From NCBI GenBank assembly GCA_963776425.1, contig CAVZMG010000005.1, positions 402,234 through 466,233 of the forward strand: a stretch of DNA of 64,000 nucleotides, written 5' to 3'. How positions within the stretch are numbered: position 1 is the stretch's first letter; each line of letters starts with the position of its first letter. The notes beneath the pieces are model-generated. The model worked only from the letters and a program-made list of their open reading frames with translations, did not search any database and was not told where the DNA came from. Both the position numbers and the translations under genes were made by a program. Below are positions 43,491 to 53,252 of the stretch, piece by piece. This DNA is from an uncultured Actinomycetes bacterium. Its GTDB lineage: Bacteria > Actinomycetota > UBA4738 > HRBIN12.

Positions 43491-44377
43491 GTGAGCGTCG
43501 AGACGATCCCGCGGACCACGACCCCCCGCTCGAGGCACGCCTCGAGCGGGGGGCCCCGCCTCGCTCTTCGGGCTCGCGCCGCGGTAGGCCGCTGGGGGCT
43601 GCGCGGGACTGCCCTGCTGTACCTCGGCCTCCTGATCGTGCTGCCGACGATCGCGCGGTCGTCCAGCGAGGGTTCGCGTCGGGACTCGGCTCCCTCCGCG
43701 ACGCGTTCGCCCAGCCGGGCGCGCGCAACGCCCTTGTCCTGACGCTGGCGGTCGCGGCCTTGACGGCCCTGATCAACGTGGTGATGGGTACGACGATCGC
43801 CTACGTCCTCGTGCGCTATCGCTTCCCCGGCCGCGCGGCGCTGTCGACCCTCGTCGACATCCCGTTCGCGATCCCGACGCTCGTCACCGGCGTGATGCTC
43901 GTCGCCCTCTACGGACCGAGCTCACCGATCGGTGGCTGGCTCAGCAGCCACGGCGTGCACATCGTGTACCAGCGAGCGGGGATCCTGCTCGCCCTCCTGT
44001 TCGTCACGCTCCCCCTCGTCGTCCGCACGGTCCAGCCCGTACTGCTCGAGCTGGACCTCGCGGAGGAGGAGGCGGCGCGCGTCTTGGGTGCAACGCGATG
44101 GACGACCTTCCGTCGGGTCGTCCTCCCGGCGATCCGGCCGGGCATCACGGCGGGCGGTCTGTTGACGTTCGCCCGCTCTCTCGGCGAGTTCGGCTCTGTG
44201 GTCGTCGTGTCCGGGAACATCCTGAACCACACCCTTACCGCTCCCGTGTTCATCAGCCAGTTGATCGGTGGGTTCAAGACCGAGGACGCAGCTGCGTTCG
44301 CCACGCTGTTGTTCGCGCTGTCATTCGTGATCGTCCTGATCACCGAGCGCCTGACCCGTCGGTCGGTGACGCCATGA
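43491..44377 (+). pseudogene. cysT: sulfate ABC transporter permease CysT, interrupted by a -1 frameshift near 43655
   Basis: A GTG start gives …GTALLYLGLLIVLPTIA (track ORF 43491..43742). It then continues in another frame as VVQRGFASGLGSLRDAFAQPGARNALVLTLAVAALTALINVVMGTT…YRFPGR… (track ORF 43760..44377). One missing base near 43655 explains the break. Confidence 0.7.
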
Positions 44378-45228
44378 GCGCCCGCGTGGACCGCACGCCA
44401 TCCCTCTCGCCGCTCACGCGACGCCGGTTGGTGCACGGCGGTTTGATCGCCGTCGCTGTCCTCTATGTGGGCACCCTCGTCCTGGCGCCGCTCATCGGCA
44501 TCGCTTGGGCGGCCATCTCGGCGGGGTGGGCCACGTGGCGCGAGACGCTCACCGCACCCGACACGCTGCACGCCTACCTGTTGACCGCGATCATCACGGT
44601 GATCACGGTCATCGTGACCACCGTGTTCGGCGTCATCGTCGCCATCGTGCTCACCCGTGACCACTTCCCGGGGAAGAGCGTCGTGAGCGCGCTCGTGAAC
44701 CTGCCGTTCGCCGTTTCACCGGTGATCGTCGGCCTGATGGCGGTATTGCTCTTCGGTCTCGGTGGATGGTTCCAGCCGTGGTTCTCGGCCCACGGGATCC
44801 AGATCCTGTTCGCCCTCCCATCGATGATCCTCGTCACCCTCTTCATCTGCTTGCCATTCACCATCCGGGAGGTTGCCCCGGTCCTTCAGGAGTTGGGTAC
44901 ACAGGAGGAGGAGGCGGCCAAGACCCTCGGCGGGTCAGCCTTCCAGACGTTCCGGCGGGTCACGTTGCCGAACATCCGCTGGGCGCTGCTGTACGGGATA
45001 GCGCTCTCCGCGGCGCGCTCGATCGGTGAGATCGGCGCCGTCCTCGTCGTCAGCGGCTCGACGACCGGTCAGACGGAGACGGCTCCCATCTACATCCTGC
45101 GGCAGTTCGATCAGAGCCATGACGCGGAGGCGTACATCGTGGCTCTCACGCTCGCGTTCGCGTCGATCGTGCTGCTCGCGGGCATCGAGTTCTTCAAACA
45201 TCGGAGCGAGACGAGGCGGTCGAGATGA
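44374..45228 (+). CDS. cysW: sulfate ABC transporter permease CysW
   Basis: Starts at MSARVDRTPSL… (ATG overlaps the cysT stop). 284 aa with 6 TM helices and an EAA-like loop. Confidence 0.85.
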   Translation: MSARVDRTPSLSPLTRRRLVHGGLIAVAVLYVGTLVLAPLIGIAWAAISAGWATWRETLTAPDTLHAYLLTAIITVITVIVTTVFGVIVAIVLTRDHFPGKSVVSALVNLPFAVSPVIVGLMAVLLFGLGGWFQPWFSAHGIQILFALPSMILVTLFICLPFTIREVAPVLQELGTQEEEAAKTLGGSAFQTFRRVTLPNIRWALLYGIALSAARSIGEIGAVLVVSGSTTGQTETAPIYILRQFDQSHDAEAYIVALTLAFASIVLLAGIEFFKHRSETRRSR

Positions 45229-46316
45229 CGAACAACGGGATCACGGTGCAAGGCCTGAACAAGCGGTTCGGGTCGTTCGACGCGGTGCAAGATGTTTCGT
45301 TCGAGGCCCAGGACGGGAAGATCACGGCGATCTTGGGGCCGAGCGGCTCTGGCAAGAGCACGGTCCTGCGTATGATCGCCGGGCTCGAGACGCCGGACAG
45401 CGGCCGGATCACGCTCGCGGAAGAAGAGCAGACGTTCGCACCCGTCCAGGAGCGACGGGTCGGGTTCGTCTTCCAGCACTACGCGCTCTTCCGCCACATG
45501 ACCGTCCGGGACAACGTGGCGTTCGGGTTGTCGATCCGTAAGGAGCCGAAGGCCGAGACGCGTGCTCGGGTCGAGGACCTGCTCGAACTCGTCCAACTGG
45601 CACCGTACGCCGATCGCTACCCGGACCAACTCTCGGGCGGGCAGCGGCAGCGCGTCGCCCTGGCACGTGCGCTCGCCCCCCGACCGAAGGTGCTCTTGCT
45701 CGACGAGCCGTTCGGCGCGCTGGACGCGCGGGTCCGGCAAGAGCTGCGCCGATGGCTGGACGACCTCCATCGGGAGCTGAACGTGACGAGCCTGCTGGTC
45801 ACGCACGATCAGGAGGAGGCGCTCGAGCTGGCGAACGAGGTCATCGTGATGCATGCCGGCAGGGTCGAGCAGGTCGGTTCGCCCGCGGAGATCTACAACC
45901 AGCCGGCGTCGCCGTTCGTGGCCGGATTCATCGGCGCCGCGAACGTGATCGAAGGGTCAGTCCGAGACGGCCACCTCGTCTTCGGTGCACACCGGCTCCC
46001 CGGCGCCACGCACCTGAACGACGGCGTGGCAGCCCACGCGTACATCCGGCCGCTGGACATCCGATTGGTGGACCCCGCTGTCGCCAACGGTCACTCCTAC
46101 GCGGCCGTCGTTGAGCGCGTGAACGATCTCGGCCCGGCATCGAAGGTGCGCGTTCGGCTCGCCGATGGTCAGCCGCTCGTCGCAGAGCTCCCGAACGAGG
46201 ACCTCCCGGTCCTCGAGGCCGGCGACCGGGTCCTCCTGGACCTCCGCAACGTCAAGGTGTTCGAAGGGGAAGGCGCGGAGGAACGGAGCGCCGCTCCCCT
46301 CAGCGAGGAGGGGTGA
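45225..46316 (+). CDS. cysA: sulfate/thiosulfate import ATP-binding protein CysA
   Basis: 363 aa with Walker A (GPSGSGKST), the signature LSGGQRQR, Walker B, and a C-terminal TOBE/MOP-like domain. Confidence 0.9.
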   Translation: MTNNGITVQGLNKRFGSFDAVQDVSFEAQDGKITAILGPSGSGKSTVLRMIAGLETPDSGRITLAEEEQTFAPVQERRVGFVFQHYALFRHMTVRDNVAFGLSIRKEPKAETRARVEDLLELVQLAPYADRYPDQLSGGQRQRVALARALAPRPKVLLLDEPFGALDARVRQELRRWLDDLHRELNVTSLLVTHDQEEALELANEVIVMHAGRVEQVGSPAEIYNQPASPFVAGFIGAANVIEGSVRDGHLVFGAHRLPGATHLNDGVAAHAYIRPLDIRLVDPAVANGHSYAAVVERVNDLGPASKVRVRLADGQPLVAELPNEDLPVLEAGDRVLLDLRNVKVFEGEGAEERSAAPLSEEG

Positions 46317-46476
46317 GCTGAGAGTGGGTCCGCTCCCAGACGATCAGCCGCGCCGGGTGAGCGAGCCCGCGTCGGACGCGGTTCTCCCACCGCACAGCTG
46401 CCCGGCGAGGACCACCCTGCCCGGCGCGGCTCATCGTCTGGGCGCGACAGCGCGACCGACCACCGCAGCGTAGGCC

Positions 46477-46731
46477 ATGACCGACGAGCGACCTCGCCTC
46501 AAGGCTGTCGAGTGGATCCGGTCTCCGGAGGGGTCCACGGACATCCCCGCGGACGTACTGCGGTTGGTATCGCTGCCGGAGGAACGCCGTGCGCTGCTCC
46601 TGCAGGTGAGCGACCTGATCGACGAGATCGCCTTCGGAACGGTCGTGATCGTCATGCACGAAGGGAAGATCACGCAGATCGAGACGTCGGAGAAGATCCG
46701 GCTCTCGCGCGGAACTTCGGCGAACTCCTGA
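46477..46731 (+). CDS. YezD/DUF2292-family small protein
   Basis: 84 aa. The C-terminal …FGTVVIVMHEGKITQIETSEKIRL resembles the DUF2292 core. Members of this family often sit next to sulfur-uptake genes. Confidence 0.5.
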   Translation: MTDERPRLKAVEWIRSPEGSTDIPADVLRLVSLPEERRALLLQVSDLIDEIAFGTVVIVMHEGKITQIETSEKIRLSRGTSANS

Positions 46732-46829
46732 CTTAGCGGATGTCCCTGCGACCGAGGGACCCTTGGCCCAGGGCATCCGCAGGCTATGCACGCATGCTTG
46801 CACCGGTAGCCAACGACAGGAGGCCAGCG

Positions 46830-47843
46830 ATGCGTGCCGCAGTCGTTCACGAGTTCCGCGAACCACTCGTCATCGAGGATCGACCGGTCCCCGAGCCTGG
46901 GCCCGGAGAGGTACGTGTTCATATCGAAGCATCGGGTGTCTGCCACACGGACATCCACGCCGCCCGAGGAGATTGGCCGGTGAAGCCGTCGCTCCCGCTC
47001 GTCCCGGGCCATGAAGGTGTCGGCCTCGTCGATGCGCTCGGAGAGGGTGTCACGCGAGTCAGCATCGGCCAACGGGTCGCGATCCCGTGGCTGGGAGGAG
47101 CCGACGGGACCTGCGAGTTCTGCGTGAAAGGGCTCGAGACCTACTGCCTCAACCCGACGTTCACGGGCTACACGGTCGACGGCGGATATCGCGAGTACTC
47201 GATCGCCAACGCCAACTTCGTCGGGATCGTGCCGGAGGGCATCGACCCGCTCGAGGCGGCGCCGCTATCCTGCGCCGGGGTGACCACTTACAAGGCGGTC
47301 AAGGCCGCCAAGGTTGGTCCGTCCGACCTCGTCGGCATCGTGGGCATCGGCGGACTGGGGCACCTCGGTCTGCAGTACGCCAACATCGCCGGCGCGTTCA
47401 CCGTCGCGATCGACATCGACGATGCCAAGCTCGACCTCGCGAAGGAGCTCGGCGCCGACCACATCATCAACGCCGCGCGGCAGGACGTCGCGGCCGAGAT
47501 GCAGAAGCTTGGCGGTGCGGACGCCATCGTGTCTACGGCCCCCGCACCTAAGCCTCTGTCCGCGGCATTCGCCTCGCTCCGGCCCGCCGGGCGTTTGGTC
47601 CTGGTCGGGCTGCCTGAGGACAACGTGTTCCCACTGCCGATCTTCGAGACGGTGCTCCGTGGGATCCAAGTGATCGGATCGCTCGTCGGCACGCGCGAGG
47701 ACCTCGCTGAGGTCTTCCAACTGCATTCCGGCGGCCGAACCCGGGTCGTGCTGGAGATACGGGAACTCGAGCAGGTCAACGAGTCGTTCGCCGACGTGCT
47801 GTCCGGGACGGTCCCGGCGCGGCTGGTGTTCAACATGCGCTGA
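46830..47843 (+). CDS. adhP: zinc-dependent alcohol dehydrogenase (AdhP-like)
   Basis: Starts at MRAAVVHEFREPL… with an AGGAGG RBS. Carries GHEGVG, the structural-Zn Cys cluster, and the GIGGLGH Rossmann motif. Confidence 0.88.
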   Translation: MRAAVVHEFREPLVIEDRPVPEPGPGEVRVHIEASGVCHTDIHAARGDWPVKPSLPLVPGHEGVGLVDALGEGVTRVSIGQRVAIPWLGGADGTCEFCVKGLETYCLNPTFTGYTVDGGYREYSIANANFVGIVPEGIDPLEAAPLSCAGVTTYKAVKAAKVGPSDLVGIVGIGGLGHLGLQYANIAGAFTVAIDIDDAKLDLAKELGADHIINAARQDVAAEMQKLGGADAIVSTAPAPKPLSAAFASLRPAGRLVLVGLPEDNVFPLPIFETVLRGIQVIGSLVGTREDLAEVFQLHSGGRTRVVLEIRELEQVNESFADVLSGTVPARLVFNMR

Positions 47844-47872
47844 CCCACTGCGGATCCTGATCGGTTGCCGCG

Positions 47873-48169
47873 TTACTCGCCCATCGGCATCGCTTCGTAG
47901 ATGCGGATGCTGGTGATGATCGGACAGTGCTCGAGGAGCTTCTCTGCCGCCGCCATGTCTGACGCTTCGAGGATGGTGTAGCCCGTCGCGGCCTCCGGCC
48001 CGATGGGAAGATCTCGCGCCCCGGTCGATGTGACCTCCCTTCCGGGTCCGAACGGCGCGCCGATGTCGACGACGCTATCGGAGATCTCACCGAACCACGC
48101 CATCCAGGCGTCCATCACCTGCTGCGTCGGTTCCTCGTACCCCTGGTGGATGAAGACGTACTTGCTCAT
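47873..48169 (-). CDS. YciI-like (dimeric alpha/beta-barrel) family protein
   Basis: 98 aa from MSKYVFIHQGYEEP…. The pattern is similar to YCII-related domain proteins. The track ORF extends further upstream, so the true start is uncertain. Confidence 0.55.
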   Translation of the reverse strand: MSKYVFIHQGYEEPTQQVMDAWMAWFGEISDSVVDIGAPFGPGREVTSTGARDLPIGPEAATGYTILEASDMAAAEKLLEHCPIITSIRIYEAMPMGE

Positions 48170-48315
48170 CTGTTCCCCCTTCGGATCGTCACAGCCCGAA
48201 CGCATCGGTGAAGCGGGTCGGTCGTAGTAGATCCGCTTCGATCGGATCTGTCCATCCGTGACCGTGATCCATCCGGCGATGTCCGCGGCGAGGGTCGAGC
48301 GATGAGCCCGTCGTG

Positions 48316-49338
48316 TCAGTCGTTCCAGCGAACCACGATCGTCCCCTCGGCACCCGGCAGGGGCAAAGATTCCGCTTCTGCCTCGACCGCGTCGCGGGCC
48401 GCGCGCGAGAGACGACGCCAGGTCTCGATCTTCACCACCGTGTTCGCGCGTCGCCATGTCCCGACGATCTCGCCCCCGACGAGGAGTCCGCCCGGCCAGA
48501 CGCGAGAGGTCCAGAGCGCGCGCCGACGGTCGGCGTCAGGGACCAGGAGTTCTCGATCGGCTCCCTGGAGGAGGAAGTAAGCGTCGCCGCTCGGGAGGAG
48601 CCGTGCGGACGCCGCCGGCGCCGGAGCGGTGCGGAACGTCGGCTCGTCCCGGGTGAGGATCCACGCGTCGCCTACGGGCGTTCGCACCGGGGTTAGCGAT
48701 CTGCCGAGCTCGTCGAACGTTTCGCTGCCTCGCCGCGAGGCGATCCCCGCCCACTCAGCGAATGCTTCCGGCGTGGTGGGACCGAAGATGTGCAGGTACC
48801 GACGCGCGAGTTCGCGTCGAGCGTCGCGTGGATCGAGCGTGGGTGGCGGCACCGTCCAAACGGTCGGCAAGCGAGCCCCTTCCCACCGGATCACGACCGT
48901 GCCGGTCAACGCCGCGTACCGGAGCCGGTTCGGAGGTTCGCCAAGCGCCCTCCCCGCTTCGTCGTATCTCACCGTTCGGCCGTCGAGGTGGGCGTGCAGG
49001 CGAGCGGCCAACTCATCCGCGGTCCGACGGGTGGCGCCATCGTCCGGCAGCCTCCCGAGCGAGAAGACCCCGAGATCGCTCGCCGCGACGACGTATGCGT
49101 GGTAGCGCGGTCCCCAGAGTTGGATGAGCGATGCGTCTTCCCACGCGGAGGGCTCGGTCCCCTCGACGCGCGCATGGATCGACAGCAGTGCGGCTCGGGG
49201 CATGCTGTCCTGCAAGCCAGCCCACGCCGCACGTCGGAGCGAGCGTCGTCCGGGCGGGAGCCGCTCGTCGAGTGCGCCGACGCGTCGCCGGAACGAGAGG
49301 ACCTGCGTCCTCGTGAGGTCAAGCCGAGACTTGATCAC
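48316..49338 (-). CDS. winged-helix DNA-binding domain protein (YcaQ/AlkZ-like, HTH_42 family)
   Basis: 340 aa. The N-terminal pattern (…LSIHARVEGTEPSAWEDASLIQLWGPRYHAYVV…) is typical of this family. Confidence 0.55.
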   Translation of the reverse strand: MIKSRLDLTRTQVLSFRRRVGALDERLPPGRRSLRRAAWAGLQDSMPRAALLSIHARVEGTEPSAWEDASLIQLWGPRYHAYVVAASDLGVFSLGRLPDDGATRRTADELAARLHAHLDGRTVRYDEAGRALGEPPNRLRYAALTGTVVIRWEGARLPTVWTVPPPTLDPRDARRELARRYLHIFGPTTPEAFAEWAGIASRRGSETFDELGRSLTPVRTPVGDAWILTRDEPTFRTAPAPAASARLLPSGDAYFLLQGADRELLVPDADRRRALWTSRVWPGGLLVGGEIVGTWRRANTVVKIETWRRLSRAARDAVEAEAESLPLPGAEGTIVVRWND

Positions 49339-49428
49339 GTCATCGGTCGATCGGTCGGTCGGTCCATCGGAGCACCCACAAGCTTAGAGGGGGGAGTTAC
49401 CCACACCTGCACGACCGAACGGGTTTGG

Positions 49429-50262
49429 CTACGGCGGCCCGGAGGCGATCAGCTTCCGGACACCTGTGACGTCGTCGGCCTGTGCCAACCACCATGTCGC
49501 TCCGGCTTCCTCGTAACCGCGCATCGTTCCAGGGTCGAACCCCGGCTGGCGGCCGTCGAGCGTTCCCATCGCAACGACATCGAACGCTCCTGCATCCGGG
49601 GCGCGTTGCCCCCGAACATAGAGCGTGGCCGCAGCAACCTCATCTGGCTGGAGGAAGGCGTCCGGCCAGTCCTCGTTGATCAGGAACATGCCGTCCCAGC
49701 GTGCCGCTCGTCGCGCGGGCGCCTTGTTCGGCCAATACCCGCCCACCCACACGGGGATACGCGATCTCTCGAACGGCGTCGGCAGGAAGACACGATCCTC
49801 GACCGTGAAGTTCGACCCCGAGTGGGTGACCGGCTCCCCCGACCAAAGGCGCACGAGGACGTCCAGGGATTCATCCAGCTTGCTCGCCCGCACCTTGGGG
49901 TCTGAGTCTTCCCCGAAGTCATCGAACTCCCGTTCCGCGCCTCCAAGGCCCACGCCGAGGATGAGCCGGCCACGTGAGAGTTGGTCAAGGGTGACGGTCT
50001 CGCGAGCGACCTTGGCGGGGCGACGCCGGGCTAACGGTGTGACCATCGGACCGAACGAGATGCGCTCGGTCCGATGCGCGATCGCCGCCATGGCGATCCA
50101 GGGGTCCGCGGCGGGCCACGGTGTCTCGTCGAAAGACAGCGAGAGCATGTCCCACAGGAAGACCCCATCCCACCCATCTGCCTCGGCCGACACCGCGAGA
50201 TCGATCAACGTGTGAGGGTTCGCGAACTCGCCCACATTGGGAAGGAGGATCCCGTACTTCAC
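49429..50262 (-). CDS. LLM-class F420-dependent (luciferase-like) oxidoreductase
   Basis: 277 aa with TIM-barrel LLM motifs. Confidence 0.75.
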   Translation of the reverse strand: MKYGILLPNVGEFANPHTLIDLAVSAEADGWDGVFLWDMLSLSFDETPWPAADPWIAMAAIAHRTERISFGPMVTPLARRRPAKVARETVTLDQLSRGRLILGVGLGGAEREFDDFGEDSDPKVRASKLDESLDVLVRLWSGEPVTHSGSNFTVEDRVFLPTPFERSRIPVWVGGYWPNKAPARRAARWDGMFLINEDWPDAFLQPDEVAAATLYVRGQRAPDAGAFDVVAMGTLDGRQPGFDPGTMRGYEEAGATWWLAQADDVTGVRKLIASGPP

Positions 50263-50349
50263 GACCTCAACCCTAGCCGCTGGCTGAAGCAGCCGCCGGT
50301 GACCTGAAGCCGACGCAGCGTTCGGACGGCACCTCCGCGTCTCTATTGC

Positions 50350-50886
50350 GTGGGCGGAAGATCAGACGGCACGATGATGGGCGAGATGGCTGAGAAGAGC
50401 GTCGAACGCGGGTCGCTCTCGGAGCTCTACGTCGCCTACGCGCCAGACGGCCTGCGCCTGGCCTTCCTCCTGACCGGCGACCGAGCGCTGGCCGAGGACC
50501 TCGTGCAGGACGCCTTCGTGCGACTCGTCGGTCGCCTGCGGCACCTGCGCGAGCCGAACGCTTTCTGGGCGTACCTCCGCCGGACGATCGTGAACCTCGC
50601 CACCAGCCACTTCCGTCACCGGCGGGTCGAGCACTCGTACCTCGAGCGACTGGCCGCCGCTCCCATGGCCCACACGAACGACAACGGCGAACTGGACGAG
50701 ACGATGCACGGGGCCCTCCTCGGACTGCCCCAGCGACAGCGTGCGGCAATCGTCCTGCGGTTCTACGAGGACCTCTCGGATGCGCAAACGGCGGCCGTCC
50801 TCGGTTGTCCGGCGGGAACCGTCCGATCGCTCGTCTCACGCGGGATGAAAACGCTCCGCGAGGAGCTGGAAGGGATGCCACGATGA
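50350..50886 (+). CDS. ECF (sigma-70 group IV) RNA polymerase sigma factor
   Basis: Region 2 (…DLVQDAFVRL…) and region 4 HTH (…LSDAQTAAVLGCPAGTVRS…) are present. Confidence 0.85.
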   Translation: MGGRSDGTMMGEMAEKSVERGSLSELYVAYAPDGLRLAFLLTGDRALAEDLVQDAFVRLVGRLRHLREPNAFWAYLRRTIVNLATSHFRHRRVEHSYLERLAAAPMAHTNDNGELDETMHGALLGLPQRQRAAIVLRFYEDLSDAQTAAVLGCPAGTVRSLVSRGMKTLREELEGMPR

Positions 50887-51944
50887 TCGACGAGCACGAC
50901 GTTCGCGAGATGCTCCAGCGCCGTGCGGACGCGGTCCCCGTGACGGTGGTCGATACGCCGACGGCGGTTAGACGAGCCCGTCGACGGCTCCTCGTGAACG
51001 GCATGGTGACGGCGATCATGGTCGCGGTCATCGCCGCGACGACGTTCGCCGTCGTCGACGCGATCCGCAGCGCCCCGATCCCCGCCGACCGCCCGACTCC
51101 TCGCCCTCCTGGCATCTTCGCGGGCGTCGGCGGTTGGGTCACGTACGGTGACAAGACCGGGATCTGGGCGGTGGATCCCGCGCAGCCGGGCGATCCAGGC
51201 GATCAGGTCCAGCTGAGCTCGGATCGAGGGGAGCCGACGGCTTGGTCCCCTGATGGCTCGGAGCTGCTCGTCCTGCGCGATGTTCCACGCGGGAGCGACG
51301 CCTCCCCCCACCGTGACCTTTTCGTCCTGAACGCCGACGGCACCTGGAACCGCCTGACGGATGCGCACGGAGGCATCACCGGCGGCTCCTTTTCTCCGGA
51401 TGGAACCGAGGTCGTCTACGCGGTGTGGCGGACCTCGGGGAACGCCATCTACGTCGTCGATGTGGAGAGCGGCACGTCACGACTGGTGACGGATGACGTC
51501 GAGATCCCGTACGAACCCGCCTTCTCGCCGGATGGATCGCAGATCGCGTACTTCGACGGCAGCGGCGACCACGGCAATAGCCTCCGGGTGATGAACTCGG
51601 ACGGGAGCGACGTTCGGGTGCTGACCGGCGCCGACTACGGACACATCGACGAACTCGCTTGGTCGCCGGACGGCTCACGGCTCGCGTTCTCCCTCCAGTA
51701 CGGAGGCGGGCTCCTCGTCGTCGGCGTCGACGGCTCCGGACTCACCGAGTTGGTCCCCTACGGGGAGAACGCCGCGTGGTCTCCGGACGGCTCCCGCATC
51801 TCGTACCAGGTAAGGAACGGCGTGACCGAGAACGGCTGCTCGGGATGCGAGCTCGGCACGCTCGAGATCGTGACGCTCGACGGCGGGAACGTTCAGGAGT
51901 TCGGCTACGCCGGGTCGGGGCCGTGGAATCCCCTCGCTCCCTGA
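50883..51944 (+). CDS. anti-sigma factor-like membrane protein with C-terminal PD40/TolB-like beta-propeller
   Basis: The start overlaps the sigma stop (ATGA). It has an N-terminal cytoplasmic segment, one TM helix (VTAIMVAVIAATTFAVV), and repeated WSPDGS/FSPDG motifs. Confidence 0.75.
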   Translation: MIDEHDVREMLQRRADAVPVTVVDTPTAVRRARRRLLVNGMVTAIMVAVIAATTFAVVDAIRSAPIPADRPTPRPPGIFAGVGGWVTYGDKTGIWAVDPAQPGDPGDQVQLSSDRGEPTAWSPDGSELLVLRDVPRGSDASPHRDLFVLNADGTWNRLTDAHGGITGGSFSPDGTEVVYAVWRTSGNAIYVVDVESGTSRLVTDDVEIPYEPAFSPDGSQIAYFDGSGDHGNSLRVMNSDGSDVRVLTGADYGHIDELAWSPDGSRLAFSLQYGGGLLVVGVDGSGLTELVPYGENAAWSPDGSRISYQVRNGVTENGCSGCELGTLEIVTLDGGNVQEFGYAGSGPWNPLAP

Positions 51945-52052
51945 ACGACACGATGAGGACTGCATAGACACCCGGGGCCCCGTCCGCTACAGGAAGAGAC
52001 ATAGACGGTGGGACGCGCTACCTCGAGGAACTCGTCCTCCCGCGCCGCGCGA

Positions 52053-53252
52053 TCAGCGCGGGCGCCACTCCCCTTCCATCGCCCCGGCGACGAGGAGGCG
52101 GGCGTCGGTGCCATCGACCCCGATGCTCCACAGCGAGTAAACGGAGGTCCCGTCGGGTTGCCCCGACACCGGTCGCTGCTCGCCGAACAGGATGCGGTCG
52201 CCATCCGGTGAGAATCCGATGACGTTGAGCCACGTTCCCGCCTCGCCTTCGAACAGCAAGGTCGCCGACCCGGTCGCCGGATCCACGACGCGGAGTTGGT
52301 TCGGGGCCCATGGGTCGCCGGGGGCGTCCGCGGTGACCGCGATCAGCCCACCGGTCGGAGACCACGTTGCGGTGTGCGCGGCCTCCGCGAGCACCTCACG
52401 GGGTTCGGACCAGTCGCTGCGAGCGACCATCAGCGCGTGGTGCGTCCCGTACGCGACCTGTGATCCGTCAGGCGAGTAGGCCAGCGCAGCGTTCCAGATC
52501 CCTCCCGATCTGGACCGGAACGCTTCGACGAACGGGATGTCCCGAGGGGTACCGCCGTCGACGGGTACCTCGAGGTGGTTCACGATCAGCGAGTTGCCGT
52601 CCGGCGTCCAGGCCAGGCGACCACCGGAGTCGCTCCCGGGCGGCAACGCGATCTGCGTTTCATGGGTGCCATCGATCCCGTAGATGCCGATCTTGAACGT
52701 GCCCACGCCGGCCTCGTTGTAGGAGTTCTCGTCCCACACCGCGAAGCGAGTGGAATCGGGCGACCACGCGAACCTCCCTCCCGGCACCGGGGCGTTCGCA
52801 ACGACGTTGCCCTGCGGGTCCGTGATCACGACGCTGCCCGGGCTGGAGCACCCCGTGCCGCCGCTGAAGGCGAGGTACCGCCCGTCCGGCGACCACGACG
52901 GGGACCAGTACCCGCCGCGGCACTCGCCGTTGAAGGCGTCGGTGATCGCAACCGCGTTCGTCCCGTCCGGGTGGGCGAGGTAGATATCGCCGCCCAACAA
53001 CGCGTAGACGAGCGCGCCCGACGCCGCCGGCGCCGGCTGGGGCTCGGAGCGATCCGCCGGGATCGTGTGCGACGTCAGCGAGCGGACCAGCACCGCTGCA
53101 GTCACGAGCGCCACGATGACACCGACGGCGCCCGCACGGATCCGTCGGTTGCGCTGTTTGCGCTCACGTCGGCCGACCAGCCGCTCGAAGTCGCCCGGTT
53201 CGAGGTCGACGGTCCGGCTCTCGCGTTCGAGTGCGTCCGCGATCCTAGGCAT
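52053..53252 (-). CDS. anti-sigma factor-like membrane protein with PD40/TolB-like beta-propeller (paralogue of 50883..51944)
   Basis: The same architecture: one TM helix (AGAVGVIVALVTAAVLV) and WSPDG/YSPDG/FSPDG repeats. It overlaps the upstream ECF sigma gene. Confidence 0.75.
   Translation of the reverse strand: MPRIADALERESRTVDLEPGDFERLVGRRERKQRNRRIRAGAVGVIVALVTAAVLVRSLTSHTIPADRSEPQPAPAASGALVYALLGGDIYLAHPDGTNAVAITDAFNGECRGGYWSPSWSPDGRYLAFSGGTGCSSPGSVVITDPQGNVVANAPVPGGRFAWSPDSTRFAVWDENSYNEAGVGTFKIGIYGIDGTHETQIALPPGSDSGGRLAWTPDGNSLIVNHLEVPVDGGTPRDIPFVEAFRSRSGGIWNAALAYSPDGSQVAYGTHHALMVARSDWSEPREVLAEAAHTATWSPTGGLIAVTADAPGDPWAPNQLRVVDPATGSATLLFEGEAGTWLNVIGFSPDGDRILFGEQRPVSGQPDGTSVYSLWSIGVDGTDARLLVAGAMEGEWRPR

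Noticed and set aside
46431-47072. 213-aa minus-strand ORF
   Set aside because: It overlaps the yezD-like gene and the adhP start, and has no recognisable motifs.
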